A stretch of 63,605 nucleotides of DNA, the filler included, from Stramenopiles sp. TOSAG23-6 (taxonomy: Eukaryota): the NCBI GenBank assembly GCA_900128565.1. It is 11 parts of 11 records of this genome, joined end to end, with 100 filler letters (N's around TTAATTAATTAA, not from the genome) between each part and the next. Parts side by side here need not be neighbours in the genome. Positions count along the whole stretch, not along the records: positions 45,189 to 52,583 come from LT636568.1; positions 52,684 to 60,069 come from LT636569.1; 9 more parts are not named here. One strand, given 5' to 3'. The notes beneath the pieces are model-generated. The model had not been told where the DNA came from. It was given only the letters and a program-made list of their open reading frames with translations, and made no database searches. The stretch's first letter is position 1; every line of letters starts with the position of its first letter. A program made the position numbers and the translations under genes. This document shows, in pieces, positions 46,521 to 59,900 of the stretch.

Positions 46521-49500
46521 ATGTATCTACGTATATGTAGTATTGTGCTATTATGTACNCTCATCATCGATACACTTGCGATGGAAAAGGTACCAACGNC
46601 AACGACAAAAAAAGCAATTGACGTCGCAACACTAAACCAGAAGTTAAAAACAATCGTTGAGCAAGTAGACGTAGCCCTTCCCAAATATCTTGCACAATCC
46701 GAACATTCAAGAAATATAATTCAACAGAGCGCNCGAGATCTTTGGCCATTATCAATGCCAGAGGTGCATATTTATGGCTCTGCAGCGACTGGATTATTCA
46801 TTCCTGAAGGTTCTGACGTTGATCTTCTCATTGACTTTCCTGGTATGAACGACCCAAAAATTTTTGAAAAACGTGCACTACTAACCATACTACTCAAACA
46901 TTTACAGTCAACGAACATGCTGCAAAACTTAAACGACTCTGGTTACTTTTCAATTTACGCAAAGCACCCTGTATTAACTGTTACCCTCAAGAACAACGTA
47001 GAGGTTGATATAGCCATTCGGTGTNTACAAAGCCAAGCCCTGGAGACTGTTGACTACGTCCAAACTGGATTACGCGAACTTTCTTCACACCATGCAAGAG
47101 ATATACTTGTACTCCTAAAATTATATCTTAGGAAAGAAAATGTTTTTAATCCAAAGAGTGGAACCATGGGAAGTTACGTGTTATTTCTACTGTTTAAATT
47201 TTTCGTTGCAAACACGCATCTTGAGCCAACAACACTATTTGAAACATTAGACCTTTTTCTTAATGAATTTGGTACAGAAAGTAAATTAATTGCTTCCGAC
47301 ATTGNGATGCATTTTTCCCCAGATGTATCATATCAAAAGTTCAGCAAACAACAAAATTGGTCTATTTTTATACAAGATCCTTTACTCCCAGCAGAAGAAA
47401 ATGCAGCAGAGATAATGTATAACATACGTCAAGTACAATATCAGTTGACTCGTCTTCAAGATTTGATATTGACGACAAATGTGGAAGATGTTTTTCTGGT
47501 AACTCCCCAAAAGGATATACCAGAAGTCAAGGGTACAGTACACGATGGACGGGGCGAAGCTGCAAAAGAAGAACAACAGGCACCTAATACATCGAAAGCT
47601 AAAGCTACAAGAGAAGAACAACAGGCACCTGATACATCTATAGCTAAAGCTACAAGTGAAGAACAACAGGCACCTGATACATCGATAGCTAAAGCTACAA
47701 GAGAAGAACAACAGGTACCTGATACATCGAAAGCTAAATCTACAAGTGAAGAACAGCAACAATCTAAAGCTACAAGAGGAAAACAAAACGGACCTGCTAA
47801 ATCTAATGTTACATCTAAAAGAAGAAAACAACGGGGAAAACATACATCGAAAGCTGAATCTAACGCTGAAGCTCCAACAAAAATACAACAAGCATCTAAA
47901 GCTCCAAGAACAGCAAAACAAGCAACGGGTGGTCGACGTAGAGCTGGAAGAAGAAAACCATCAAATACGGAAGCTGCTAGAAAACAGCAACAAAAACAAA
48001 ATGCTTTACGAAAACAGCAAGAAAAAAAAGAAAAAGAAGAAAAAGAAGCTTTACGACAACAGCAAGAAAAAGAAAATGCTTTACAAAAAGAACAAGAATT
48101 TGAGGACGCTTTACGAAAACAGGACGCTTTACGAAAACAGCAAGAAAAAGAAAATGCTTTACTAAAAGAACAAGAACNTAANGACGCTTTAAGAAAACAG
48201 CAAGAAGAAACAGAAGTTGCAAGGAAACAACTTGAAAATCAAGCAGCAGCAAGGAAAGCAAGGATACTGCAAGAACAAAACCGAAAAAAAGAAGAGAGAC
48301 AAAAACTAAAAGCAGAAGCTAAAAAAATCGAAAAAGAAGCTAAAAAAANGGAACAAGAAGAATCGAATATGCTGAAAGTATATGGTGNATATAAAATTCA
48401 TCACAATGTACTCAAAACCGTTCTGCAACAGTATGAAACTTCAGCGCAAANAAATGCTTCCCCAGATTCTCCAAAAACTCTACTACTTGCCATACAAAAA
48501 GATCGAGACAGAGTTGTTACTACTATTGACACATTTGAAACGTTTGTTACTAAACATCAATTGATTCAAAAAGAAGCTAAGCCGTTTCTTATCGAAATGA
48601 AAAAGAAATTTAAATCTATTCGTCAACAATCCAAAGTGTATATTAAACTACTTGAATCGAAGATTGCTATAGAAGAATCACAGATTTCTATACAAAAAAC
48701 TGAACAAGACATNCTTGAATCNCAGATTGCTATACAAAAANCAATGATTTCTATACAAAACGCTGAAAAAGANGTANAAGNCNAACAATTCGTAAAAGAC
48801 AAACAAGAAAAAGATGAAAATGATACAGTATTGTATGGACCACAAATGAAACCTGAAGGAATAAGTACAAAAAAACAAACGCCTCAACCAGAACCAGTAG
48901 AATCCAACACAGCCACAGTTGTAGCGACTAGACATCAAGATTTTTTAGGTACAAAATTTCGTACGAAACAAAATCAAGATGAATCTTCTCCTCCTCCTTA
49001 TTCTGATGTTGCTTTGGGTATAAGCTTGGACGATTATGTACGTTTATTTACATTTTTTTTAACAAATTTTTTTTTCTCAAAAAAAAAAAAAGAAAAATAT
49101 TTTTGTACGACATGTTGTACCTAACAATATATATATATTTATATATAGTTCACTATAAAGACCATTNAGAAACATACGGATATAAACAAATTGTTCTTTG
49201 TCCATGTAGTATACAACATATTAACTAAAGAAAGTTTATTAGATATATATGGATTGACACGTTTCGTTTCAGAGAGTATGGCCAAAGACATGAAAAGTGT
49301 GATTTCTCTTTCAAGACGTTTAATTCCATATTTAATCGAAAACGATTATTTATGTCTAATTGTGTCGCCTAAGGGCCTTTTTTTTAAATTGGGAGGTAAA
49401 GTCTTTCGAGGTGTTCCCCCTGCCTTTCAAATATTGCTCCTAACTGAAGATCCATCCTCTTTTACAAATGTATGTTTTTTTTTTTTTACACCCTAACCCT

Positions 49501-50528
49501 TTTTCAATTTGTTTTTCATTTTTTTTTCATAGTAAATTTTGTACCTAACAAAATATACAAAAAATACAAAACAATTAAAAATATTTCATCAAAATACATG
49601 TCATGAATCAAGCANCAAACGTCATTTTTAACCCAGAAGAAAGTTCACACTCAAATAATCCACTTCGAAATCTTCTCATTCATACTTTACGAAGACAAGA
49701 AATAATTGCATTTAGTGATGTTCATGAAAATGCAAAAAACGCAAAAAACGCAAAAAACGCAAAAAACGCAAAAAACGCAAAATTTCGTGTAGATAAAACA
49801 TCTCAAAAATTTCAAAAATCTGTTGTTTATANTAATCGCGATNATGACAAATTAATGGCTTTTGCTATGAGTTTATTTAATCGTTNGAAGACAATTAGAT
49901 TTGAGTTGCATACAAACGATCCTGCTANACATGTAAGTTAACCCTAACCCTAAACCCTAACCCTAAAGTTTTTCAACATGAATTTAAAAAAAAATGTTGA
50001 AAATATAGAGAAGATTTTTTTGTTTTTTTGTTTTTGTAGCAAATTTTGTACCTAACGAATTCTACATTTGGTATACTTTTTCATACCACATGAAGTTCGC
50101 ATGATATTAAGGGAATCTTATGATAAGACAATTGTACGTTTACATCATTTATTTAACTTTTACAGTTGTCTTTTACACAATTGAATTGATTTAACTATTT
50201 TTTTTTNACTTTTTNATCTATANTTTTTTTTTTACATTTCATATGAAATTTTGTACCTAACAAAAAAACACATAATTTGACATATTTTCATCTGTATAGA
50301 ATTTCAAATCGGTTTTTGAGCTTCCAAAAGACAATGCTACAGTGGACGCTTTAAAGGAGTACGTAACAAAAAATCAAAAAAAAAAATATTTTTCTAAAAT
50401 TTTAAATTTTTTTTTCATACGAAATTTTGTACCTAACAAAAAATCAAAAAAAAAATATTTTTCTACAATACATGTTAGGGTATTTCATTCCTCACTTAAA
50501 GAAACAAGATGCTTGGCAAATGCACCAT
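46521..50528 (+). CDS. Pol-beta-type nucleotidyltransferase (PAP/TUTase-like) with repeats, coiled coil and a multi-exon tail
   Basis: IYGS.ATGL..EGSDVDL, VDI, GTMGSY, IQDP...N; introns 49038-49148 (AG), 49470-49599 (AT), 49933-50091 (AT), 50134-50299 (AG), 50359-50473 (AT); final exon unresolved. Confidence 0.7.
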
Positions 50529-51005
50529 GTACATTTTCATTATGAATTTCAATTATGAATTTCAATTGTTAGGTTTGTTTTTTGAAAAATTTTAAAAACA
50601 ATTTCATACGAAATTTTGTACCTAACAAAACATCTTTAAAACTTTGAAATATTTTCCTATAGTCCATGATTTGATATTTGGATTGCGATTTTCAGAAAGT
50701 GTGTTCGGTAGACATATCTATGAGATGATTGGGTATTGGTCAGCGGGGTTGTAATTTTATCTTTTTTTTAATTGAAATAAAATTTGTAATACAACAAATA
50801 ATAATAATAATATTTGGTGACTTTTTTGTCCTAGTTAGGGTTAGGGCTATATTTTAAAAAAAAGACAGCCGTTGAATCTTCCGGAGGATCTTCTTCGAGC
50901 TCTACTACTATAGCTATACGTAGTATCTGCACTGTTCATTAAACTATAGTTTACAAATAGATAAGAGAATATTTTTGAGAGATTCAATACCTTGTACAAT
51001 CAACA

Positions 51006-52520
51006 ATGTTAGAGAGATATCGCTTTCTCCTCTTATGCNTTCTCTTTTTGTTGTATCCACAATATGCGTCATCTAGTGTCGTAATCTTCTGTCATCGACC
51101 TGAGGAAGGCGTTAAAATATTTGCTGACATTCTACCACCCACAGAACACATTTATACAATTGACGTGAAAGAACGCGACACATTAAAGCCTCTTCCTGAA
51201 GGCGTGACACACATTCCAACTGGTTCTTTACGTGGGGCAGCTCTATTTGCGCCAGTCCAGGGAAGGACCGTAGTGGACAAGATATTCGAAACGATTGGTG
51301 ACCCTATCACTACACTAATATTTTTCAACTGTCCTTTAAATATAAACGCACATAACGCCATTCAAAACTTTACGCATAAGATGGCTTCAAATAGTAGAGT
51401 ATATATTACTAATCATCTGCAGGACTTGAGATCATTTGTAGATAAGTTTCTTGATGACTCACCAAAGGTCCAACGAGTATACTGTGAATGTCTTATACAA
51501 TATTATTCAAAACTTCAAACATTTGGTACGGAAATTGGTAAAAGACTGGCGGCTCAAAAAGTACAAGAAATTACAGAAGATCCAGATAATTTCAAATGCC
51601 GCACTAAATACAAAGTGATTACACAACTCTCAAGACGTATGACAGCTTCGACTCCAGAGAAGCTTGCTTCTCTACAGGAAAGGAAAAGGATGTTAGTTGA
51701 AGCCGGACAGAACGCTCTAGCGCCAGACAAACGTGGGTTATTTGTAACGATTGATATCGATGATACTTTGGGTGAAAGATTGAATAAATTAGAAGGTGGT
51801 GAAAGATTGAATAAATTAGAAGGTGTTACTTGTGAACCGACAGCAATAACTTTCTTACCGGATAGATATTGGGAAGATGCCCCCAGATGGATGAGGGAGA
51901 TGGGAACTGTGCCACATACTACTGAAAAGATACCCGTCATGATGCCTGAATATATAGGGATAGCATTAGAATGCATAGGAGGCATTGATACCGCAAGAGT
52001 TGAACCTAGTATGGCTTCTAGAGCAGTTAGTGGTACAATGGCTTCTAGATCAATGGCTTCAAGAGCTCCAGCATCGACACATCATACTGTATCTGCCTTG
52101 CCCTCTCACCATACTGTATCTACTGTATCTGCTGATGTTGGAGCAGCACAAGAACGTAGACCTTTTACTACTGTAAAAACTGCATCTCTTGGTAGTACAT
52201 TGAACCCAGCAAAATTGGCTACTGGTGGAATGCGTGCTGATTTGGCTACTGGTGGAATGCGTGGTATGGTACATAGTTCAGATGATAGTACTGTACCTTC
52301 ACTATCTGTTCCAGTATTGACCCCCGACTTACAAACTTTGTTAGATGAAAAAGCGATATCTCCTGAAGAAGCGCTCCAAATGATGCAAATGATGCCGCCT
52401 CCAGAAGAAGAAACAAAACAAAAAAGAAGTATGACAAAAGAAGATTTGAGTGAAGACCTACGCCTTTTGGTGGAGGCAGGCGATGTAACACTAGAGGATG
52501 CAATTGGAATGATGTTCTAA
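51006..52520 (+). CDS. Hypothetical secreted protein, 504 aa
   Basis: Signal-peptide-like N-terminus and short internal duplications. Confidence 0.6.
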   Translation: MLERYRFLLLCXLFLLYPQYASSSVVIFCHRPEEGVKIFADILPPTEHIYTIDVKERDTLKPLPEGVTHIPTGSLRGAALFAPVQGRTVVDKIFETIGDPITTLIFFNCPLNINAHNAIQNFTHKMASNSRVYITNHLQDLRSFVDKFLDDSPKVQRVYCECLIQYYSKLQTFGTEIGKRLAAQKVQEITEDPDNFKCRTKYKVITQLSRRMTASTPEKLASLQERKRMLVEAGQNALAPDKRGLFVTIDIDDTLGERLNKLEGGERLNKLEGVTCEPTAITFLPDRYWEDAPRWMREMGTVPHTTEKIPVMMPEYIGIALECIGGIDTARVEPSMASRAVSGTMASRSMASRAPASTHHTVSALPSHHTVSTVSADVGAAQERRPFTTVKTASLGSTLNPAKLATGGMRADLATGGMRGMVHSSDDSTVPSLSVPVLTPDLQTLLDEKAISPEEALQMMQMMPPPEEETKQKRSMTKEDLSEDLRLLVEAGDVTLEDAIGMMF

Positions 52521-52683
52521 TCAAACATCTTTTTAATTATTATATATATATATATAAATGAGTTGCTTGTAAAAAGATACCCANNNNNNNNNNNNNNNNN
52601 NNNNNNNNNNNNNNNNNNNNNNNNNNNTTAATTAATTAANNNNNNNNNNNNNNNNNNNNNNNNNNNNNNNNNNNNNNNNNNNN

Positions 52684-53863
52684 TTACTGAATTATCCAAT
52701 GTATTTGTTACTGAATTATCCAATGTATTTGTTACTGAATTATCCAATGTATTTGTTACTGAATTATCCAATGTATTTGTTACTGAATTATCCAATGTAT
52801 TTGTTACTGAATTATCCAATGTATTTGTTACTGAATTATCCAATGTATTTGAAGAAGCCTGAAACATTTTTTTTTCTTTTTTAGGCTCGATGGAAACATT
52901 TTTTGTGTTTGTTCTATTTGATACCGAATTTCCAATTTGTTCTCTCTTAGCATTAGTTAAACGTTGAAGCTCAAGTTGCTGTTGAAGAAGAAGAGTACGT
53001 TTCCGCTCTTCTTTCAGAACATTTTGATGATACACCGACAATGCTTTTTCACTACGAAATTGCTGATATAAGTTCATCAAATATGCAGGATAATGTTGTT
53101 GCTGTTGAGGAAATGTACACTCTATACTATTGCTTTTCATTGTACCCCTTTGATTTGTAAAATTAATGGTTGCTGTTGTTGTATTTGGGGTTGGTGATGG
53201 AGATAGAACTTTGGGCATTTTGGAAATTTTGGTCGAATTGATGGTAATATTTGACACACTCGTATTTGCAATAGGGGTAGCTACGGTCAAATTGTTGACA
53301 AATATAGCTGGATTTGGTCGCATTTGTACAATAGCAGCGGCTTGTCCCTTGTTGACATTTTCGGGATTGATGTTTATCAAACTAACAGGATTAGGAAGTA
53401 TTGATGTGGCAGTTAAGTTCACTAAACTATCGTAGGTATTAAGGTGGGCAGCGCTAAATTGAGTCAGAGACACTCTTGATTTAGATTTTAGAACATTTTT
53501 TTTTTCACTGCCGCTCATGTCACAATTTAATTTTCTTTTGCGTTCAGCTAGATGGCACATGCAATAATTAGAACTCCCTTGAGCACCACGGCGACACGGT
53601 ACATCTTGTTTGTCTCTGTGAGCACAACGTCGACCTCCACCGTGACCAACACATACACCGGCTTTCCCTCTTGCACCACGGGTGCATCCTTCAAATTTAC
53701 ATCGTTTTCCTCCCCCATGCCCAAAGCATTTGGAGGTTCCACCTCGGGCACGCTTTTCACACCCCTCAATCATACACGGAACAATAGCACGTTTCGCGCG
53801 TCGCTTACTTAAAGGAACACGGGGCATGGTAAATTGAAGGTTTGCAGAAGGAAACTTTGGCAT
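52684..53863 (-). CDS. CxxxGC...CxxHGGG zinc-finger repeat protein ('WRKY19-like'), 3'-partial; mirror copy 58890-60069 (+)
   Basis: Three Cys/His repeats; ends in a 24-bp NTLDNSVT tandem repeat. Confidence 0.75.
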
Positions 53864-54097
53864 CAACGTGCTTAAACAAAGCTCCAACCTAAAAAAATTA
53901 AGATTATAAGAAAAAAATAAAAGATTAAATGCGTAGTTGTGTAGAACTACGCGATAAGAATGATAAAGATGTCTTCGATTATGCGCATCGGCATAATCTG
54001 ACTACCGTACCGGCCGGGACCGGGAACGTATTCAACAGTTATTTATATTAGCGATTATTTAAATTTTATTGACTTTCAAATTTGTTTTTTTTATAAT

Positions 54098-54859
54098 TCA
54101 TAGGAATAAATATAAGATCCACAACAATAAAATCAAATATACTTCAGGTACAAGATACAATACAGCGTTTTTTAACGATGGGGTACAAACCACTATTTCT
54201 ATATCATCACCATCCTCATCTTCTCTAATAATATTGTCCCTAAATGGATGTCCAGGGAAAAAATCTCTCAGAAACATGGGATAACCTTCATCATCTTGAC
54301 CAGAAGCCTCTTCAGGTCCATCCATCCCATTTTGCCACTTTTCTGGACCACATCTCCACATATCTCTGCCATAACCACAAGCCCTCTTATAATTTTCACA
54401 CGCAGAGCGACACATTATTAAGCTTCTATCCTCAGAATCGCATCGAGGAAAATTTAACCAACAAATATAATTCTTATACGCGTTTTGACAGTCTTTATTT
54501 TCATGAAATCGAATTACTGTCGCACCGTCTATACCATGCTCGTTCATATCATTGTCTCTTAAACCATCATCATTTTCAACAAGGATGCGAGTCTCTATAA
54601 CTTTTTGATATGTTTTCTTAATCCAATTGTCTTTTGAGACTATTGTGTGGTTAGCAAAATTTTCGTTGTATCTAGGAACGCAAGCTGTGTATTGGAGCTT
54701 GTCTGCGCAAAACGGAGTATAATCAACAAATTTTTCTCGCTCGAGACACTCACCAGTATCACTACCAGCTAAGAAACACGCATGGACAAAATAAGGAGGA
54801 TAAGTAATAAATACTACATCTACCAAGAGTAGTGATATGGTTGACAACACCCGCCGCAT
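54098..54859 (-). CDS. Secreted or anchored Cys-rich protein (Frizzled-CRD-like); mirror copy 57894-58655 (+)
   Basis: Signal peptide, ICWLNFPRC...MCRSACENYKRAC, hydrophobic C-terminus. Confidence 0.65.
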   Translation of the reverse strand: MRRVLSTISLLLVDVVFITYPPYFVHACFLAGSDTGECLEREKFVDYTPFCADKLQYTACVPRYNENFANHTIVSKDNWIKKTYQKVIETRILVENDDGLRDNDMNEHGIDGATVIRFHENKDCQNAYKNYICWLNFPRCDSEDRSLIMCRSACENYKRACGYGRDMWRCGPEKWQNGMDGPEEASGQDDEGYPMFLRDFFPGHPFRDNIIREDEDGDDIEIVVCTPSLKNAVLYLVPEVYLILLLWILYLFL

Positions 54860-55117
54860 ATTGTAGAAAGTGAGATTTCAGATGAAATTAGTTTCCGTTG
54901 CAACTTGCTAGTACGTAGTACTACGTGATCTAGCTGTGAACAACAACAAGCAATTTTTCGACTATTATTTTTGGTACAAATTTCCGTATGAAAACCGAAA
55001 AACGAAAACACGGCAGTTATATTTTTTGAAATAAATGTAACTGTTTATATTTATAATGACTGAACCTTTTAGTACTGTTCCACAAAAACTACTCTATCAT
55101 CCTCTCATGGCAAAATA

Positions 55118-56596
55118 ATGATCACACGCAAAACAATCGAAGAGCGCAAACTGCTCAAACATACTTTAGCTGGACTGAAAGTTAAGATTAAGTCGATAAA
55201 TTCCCGTAGAGATGCGTTGCATAAGAAAAAACAAAATATCGTCCGGAGGTTGGAAACTCAACGTGAACCAATTAAAAAAAAGATTAATTTAATAGCGCGT
55301 ACTTTTGGTCCAAAGCTTGCGAGCGAACTCCAACAATTAATTTACTTAAGTGAAGAATGTGACCACACTGTTTCAATAGAGTCTAAATATAAAATGGAGT
55401 TGGCTTCTTGCCGTGAAAAGCTTTTAGCAGGGATATCGAATAGTAACAGTAATGAAGAACCCTCTGAAGCTTCACAACACGTGAATATACTCCAACTATT
55501 ACGCTTTTATTCACGTGGTATTCGGCTAAATGCAACAATTTCTGTACCAACTGTACAATCAACTCAGAGTAGAGATTCACCTGAAATATCCGCAAATACG
55601 GTAAACTTTTCAGTGGTAAATACAAAAAATCGTAAGCTTAATGCACTGCGAGAAGAAGTTCAAGTTTTAGCAAAATCTTGCACAGCTCTTCAATCAGAGA
55701 TTAATAGGAGCACATTACTGATAGAACGCGGTGATGCACAAAAGGGTTGGATGTGGCAAATGGATCGTAATAATAGACATACAGAGAATAGAATATATCT
55801 TGAGGAGGAGTTGTACCGNAAAAGTAGAGAAATAGCTGATATAGAAAATGGGAAAGTCGTAAGACTCGCTGAACATACAGAAAAGTTGATGGTACATTTA
55901 AAACGAGAATCGGCTGCAAAAGTAAAGAGCCAAAAGGATTCAGAACTACGCTGTAAACTAATAAAGCAAGAGAGAACGAGATGCAAAAAAATAAATAAAC
56001 AAATTCAAAAACTTGAAAAGCAAACTAATGTTGTACGAGAAGGTGCTAGAGTTCTTGAGCTACAATTGCAGATGTTGGAGGTAAAATATATAGATCTTCA
56101 ACGGAAGCTTGAACTACAGAAAGTACGTAATATTAAAGAAACAAATAAAGTTCAGCGTATTTTGAATGATGCACGTGACTTATGGTCCAGTGCACAAGAA
56201 GCTATAAAAGAACGTGAAAGATTGGCTGAAATAGAAAAAAAAAGACTTGAAACTATGAAAATGAAAAGGCTTCAAATGGCAAGGCGAAGGAAAATGCAAA
56301 AAAATAGACAACTTGATTTAGGTCAAGTTTCTCCAATCAAACGAGGTCGTGGTAAAGTTGGCAGTAGCTTTCGTCGTGCACCTCCGTCAGTTGACGTAAC
56401 GGAGCCAAAAGAGTCAAAAGATTCAATTGATGGACAGGTTCCCCCTGCATTTTTTACTCATACGAAGCACAGCTCTTTACAACGATCGATGACAATTGAT
56501 TCATCTGATCTTTTGCCAGCTGTACCAGAAACAACTGTAAATACTTTAGCATTTAGTCCCATTAAAAGAAGAAAGCCGAAACAAGCTTTCATGTAG
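55118..56596 (+). CDS. Coiled-coil protein, 492 aa; truncated mirror copy 56929-57635 (-)
   Basis: Long heptad-rich ORF. Confidence 0.65.
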   Translation: MITRKTIEERKLLKHTLAGLKVKIKSINSRRDALHKKKQNIVRRLETQREPIKKKINLIARTFGPKLASELQQLIYLSEECDHTVSIESKYKMELASCREKLLAGISNSNSNEEPSEASQHVNILQLLRFYSRGIRLNATISVPTVQSTQSRDSPEISANTVNFSVVNTKNRKLNALREEVQVLAKSCTALQSEINRSTLLIERGDAQKGWMWQMDRNNRHTENRIYLEEELYXKSREIADIENGKVVRLAEHTEKLMVHLKRESAAKVKSQKDSELRCKLIKQERTRCKKINKQIQKLEKQTNVVREGARVLELQLQMLEVKYIDLQRKLELQKVRNIKETNKVQRILNDARDLWSSAQEAIKERERLAEIEKKRLETMKMKRLQMARRRKMQKNRQLDLGQVSPIKRGRGKVGSSFRRAPPSVDVTEPKESKDSIDGQVPPAFFTHTKHSSLQRSMTIDSSDLLPAVPETTVNTLAFSPIKRRKPKQAFM

Positions 56597-56719
56597 TCTT
56601 TGGAACATGAAAAGAAGAAAATCGAAACAATTGTTTTTGACTTTTTATATAAAAGAGTGTTATCCATTACTAAAAATAATTCAAAGTGCAAGTTTATTTC
56701 ATAATCTACAGAATTCACT

Positions 56720-56928
56720 TCATCTTGTAGATAACCCTGTAATAGAAACAGTGACATTATCTACAGACATGAGCTTAATTGCCTTTTTACATAACTCCTC
56801 TGACGCAAGCTGGAGATCTCTGTGTTTTATTAACCGATTTCGTACAAAGTTACATACTTGTTGACTATTCAAAACGTCCCACAATCCATCTGTTGCTGAC
56901 ACAATAAATTCATCGTCGACACATCGTT
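56720..56928 (-). CDS. PP2C phosphatase C-terminal fragment
   Basis: DEFIVSATDGLWDVL...SVDNVTV. Confidence 0.85.
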
Positions 56929-59900
56929 CTTTTNCGGTACAACTCCTCCTCAAGATATATTCTATTCTCTGTATGTCTATTATTACGATCCATTTGCCAC
57001 ATCCAACCCTTTTGTGCATCACCGCGTTCTATCAGTAATGTGCTCCTATTAATCTCTGATTGAAGAGCTGTGCAAGATTTTGCTAAAACTTGAACTTCTT
57101 CTCGCAGTGCATTAAGCTTACGATTTTTTGTATTTACCACTGAAAAGTTTACCGTATTTGCGGATATTTCAGGTGAATCTCTACTCTGAGTTGATTGTAC
57201 AGTTGGTACAGAAATTGTTGCATTTAGCCGAATACCACGTGAATAAAAGCGTAATAGTTGGAGTATATTCACGTGTTGTGAAGCTTCAGAGGGTTCTTCA
57301 TTACTGTTACTATTCGATATCCCTGCTAAAAGCTTTTCACGGCAAGAAGCCAACTCCATTTTATATTTAGACTCTATTGAAACAGTGTGGTCACATTCTT
57401 CACTTAAGTAAATTAATTGTTGGAGTTCGCTCGCAAGCTTTGGACCAAAAGTACGCGCTATTAAATTAATCTTTTTTTTAATTGGTTCACGTTGAGTTTC
57501 CAACCTCCGGACGATATTTTGTTTTTTCTTATGCAACGCATCTCTACGGGAATTTATCGACTTAATCTTAACTTTCAGTCCAGCTAAAGTATGTTTGAGC
57601 AGTTTGCGCTCTTCGATTGTTTTGCGTGTGATCATTATTTTGCCATGAGAGGATGATAGAGTAGTTTTTGTGGAACAGTACTAAAAGGTTCAGTCATTAT
57701 AAATATAAACAGTTACATTTATTTCAAAAAATATAACTGCCGTGTTTTCGTTTTTCGGTTTTCATACGGAAATTTGTACCAAAAATAATAGTCGAAAAAT
57801 TGCTTGTTGTTGTTCACAGCTAGATCACGTAGTACTACGTACTAGCAAGTTGCAACGGAAACTAATTTCATCTGAAATCTCACTTTCTACAATATGCGGC
57901 GGGTGTTGTCAACCATATCACTACTCTTGGTAGATGTAGTATTTATTACTTATCCTCCTTATTTTGTCCATGCGTGTTTCTTAGCTGGTAGTGATACTGG
58001 TGAGTGTCTCGAGCGAGAAAAATTTGTTGATTATACTCCGTTTTGCGCAGACAAGCTCCAATACACAGCTTGCGTTCCTAGATACAACGAAAATTTTGCT
58101 AACCACACAATAGTCTCAAAAGACAATTGGATTAAGAAAACATATCAAAAAGTTATAGAGACTCGCATCCTTGTTGAAAATGATGATGGTTTAAGAGACA
58201 ATGATATGAACGAGCATGGTATAGACGGTGCGACAGTAATTCGATTTCATGAAAATAAAGACTGTCAAAACGCGTATAAGAATTATATTTGTTGGTTAAA
58301 TTTTCCTCGATGCGATTCTGAGGATAGAAGCTTAATAATGTGTCGCTCTGCGTGTGAAAATTATAAGAGGGCTTGTGGTTATGGCAGAGATATGTGGAGA
58401 TGTGGTCCAGAAAAGTGGCAAAATGGGATGGATGGACCTGAAGAGGCTTCTGGTCAAGATGATGAAGGTTATCCCATGTTTCTGAGAGATTTTTTCCCTG
58501 GACATCCATTTAGGGACAATATTATTAGAGAAGATGAGGATGGTGATGATATAGAAATAGTGGTTTGTACCCCATCGTTAAAAAACGCTGTATTGTATCT
58601 TGTACCTGAAGTATATTTGATTTTATTGTTGTGGATCTTATATTTATTCCTATGAATTATAAAAAAAACAAATTTGAAAGTCAATAAAATTTAAATAATC
58701 GCTAATATAAATAACTGTTGAATACGTTCCCGGTCCCGGCCGGTACGGTAGTCAGATTATGCCGATGCGCATAATCGAAGACATCTTTATCATTCTTATC
58801 GCGTAGTTCTACACAACTACGCATTTAATCTTTTATTTTTTTCTTATAATCTTAATTTTTTTAGGTTGGAGCTTTGTTTAAGCACGTTGATGCCAAAGTT
58901 TCCTTCTGCAAACCTTCAATTTACCATGCCCCGTGTTCCTTTAAGTAAGCGACGCGCGAAACGTGCTATTGTTCCGTGTATGATTGAGGGGTGTGAAAAG
59001 CGTGCCCGAGGTGGAACCTCCAAATGCTTTGGGCATGGGGGAGGAAAACGATGTAAATTTGAAGGATGCACCCGTGGTGCAAGAGGGAAAGCCGGTGTAT
59101 GTGTTGGTCACGGTGGAGGTCGACGTTGTGCTCACAGAGACAAACAAGATGTACCGTGTCGCCGTGGTGCTCAAGGGAGTTCTAATTATTGCATGTGCCA
59201 TCTAGCTGAACGCAAAAGAAAATTAAATTGTGACATGAGCGGCAGTGAAAAAAAAAATGTTCTAAAATCTAAATCAAGAGTGTCTCTGACTCAATTTAGC
59301 GCTGCCCACCTTAATACCTACGATAGTTTAGTGAACTTAACTGCCACATCAATACTTCCTAATCCTGTTAGTTTGATAAACATCAATCCCGAAAATGTCA
59401 ACAAGGGACAAGCCGCTGCTATTGTACAAATGCGACCAAATCCAGCTATATTTGTCAACAATTTGACCGTAGCTACCCCTATTGCAAATACGAGTGTGTC
59501 AAATATTACCATCAATTCGACCAAAATTTCCAAAATGCCCAAAGTTCTATCTCCATCACCAACCCCAAATACAACAACAGCAACCATTAATTTTACAAAT
59601 CAAAGGGGTACAATGAAAAGCAATAGTATAGAGTGTACATTTCCTCAACAGCAACAACATTATCCTGCATATTTGATGAACTTATATCAGCAATTTCGTA
59701 GTGAAAAAGCATTGTCGGTGTATCATCAAAATGTTCTGAAAGAAGAGCGGAAACGTACTCTTCTTCTTCAACAGCAACTTGAGCTTCAACGTTTAACTAA
59801 TGCTAAGAGAGAACAAATTGGAAATTCGGTATCAAATAGAACAAACACAAAAAATGTTTCCATCGAGCCTAAAAAAGAAAAAAAAATGTTTCAGGCTTCT

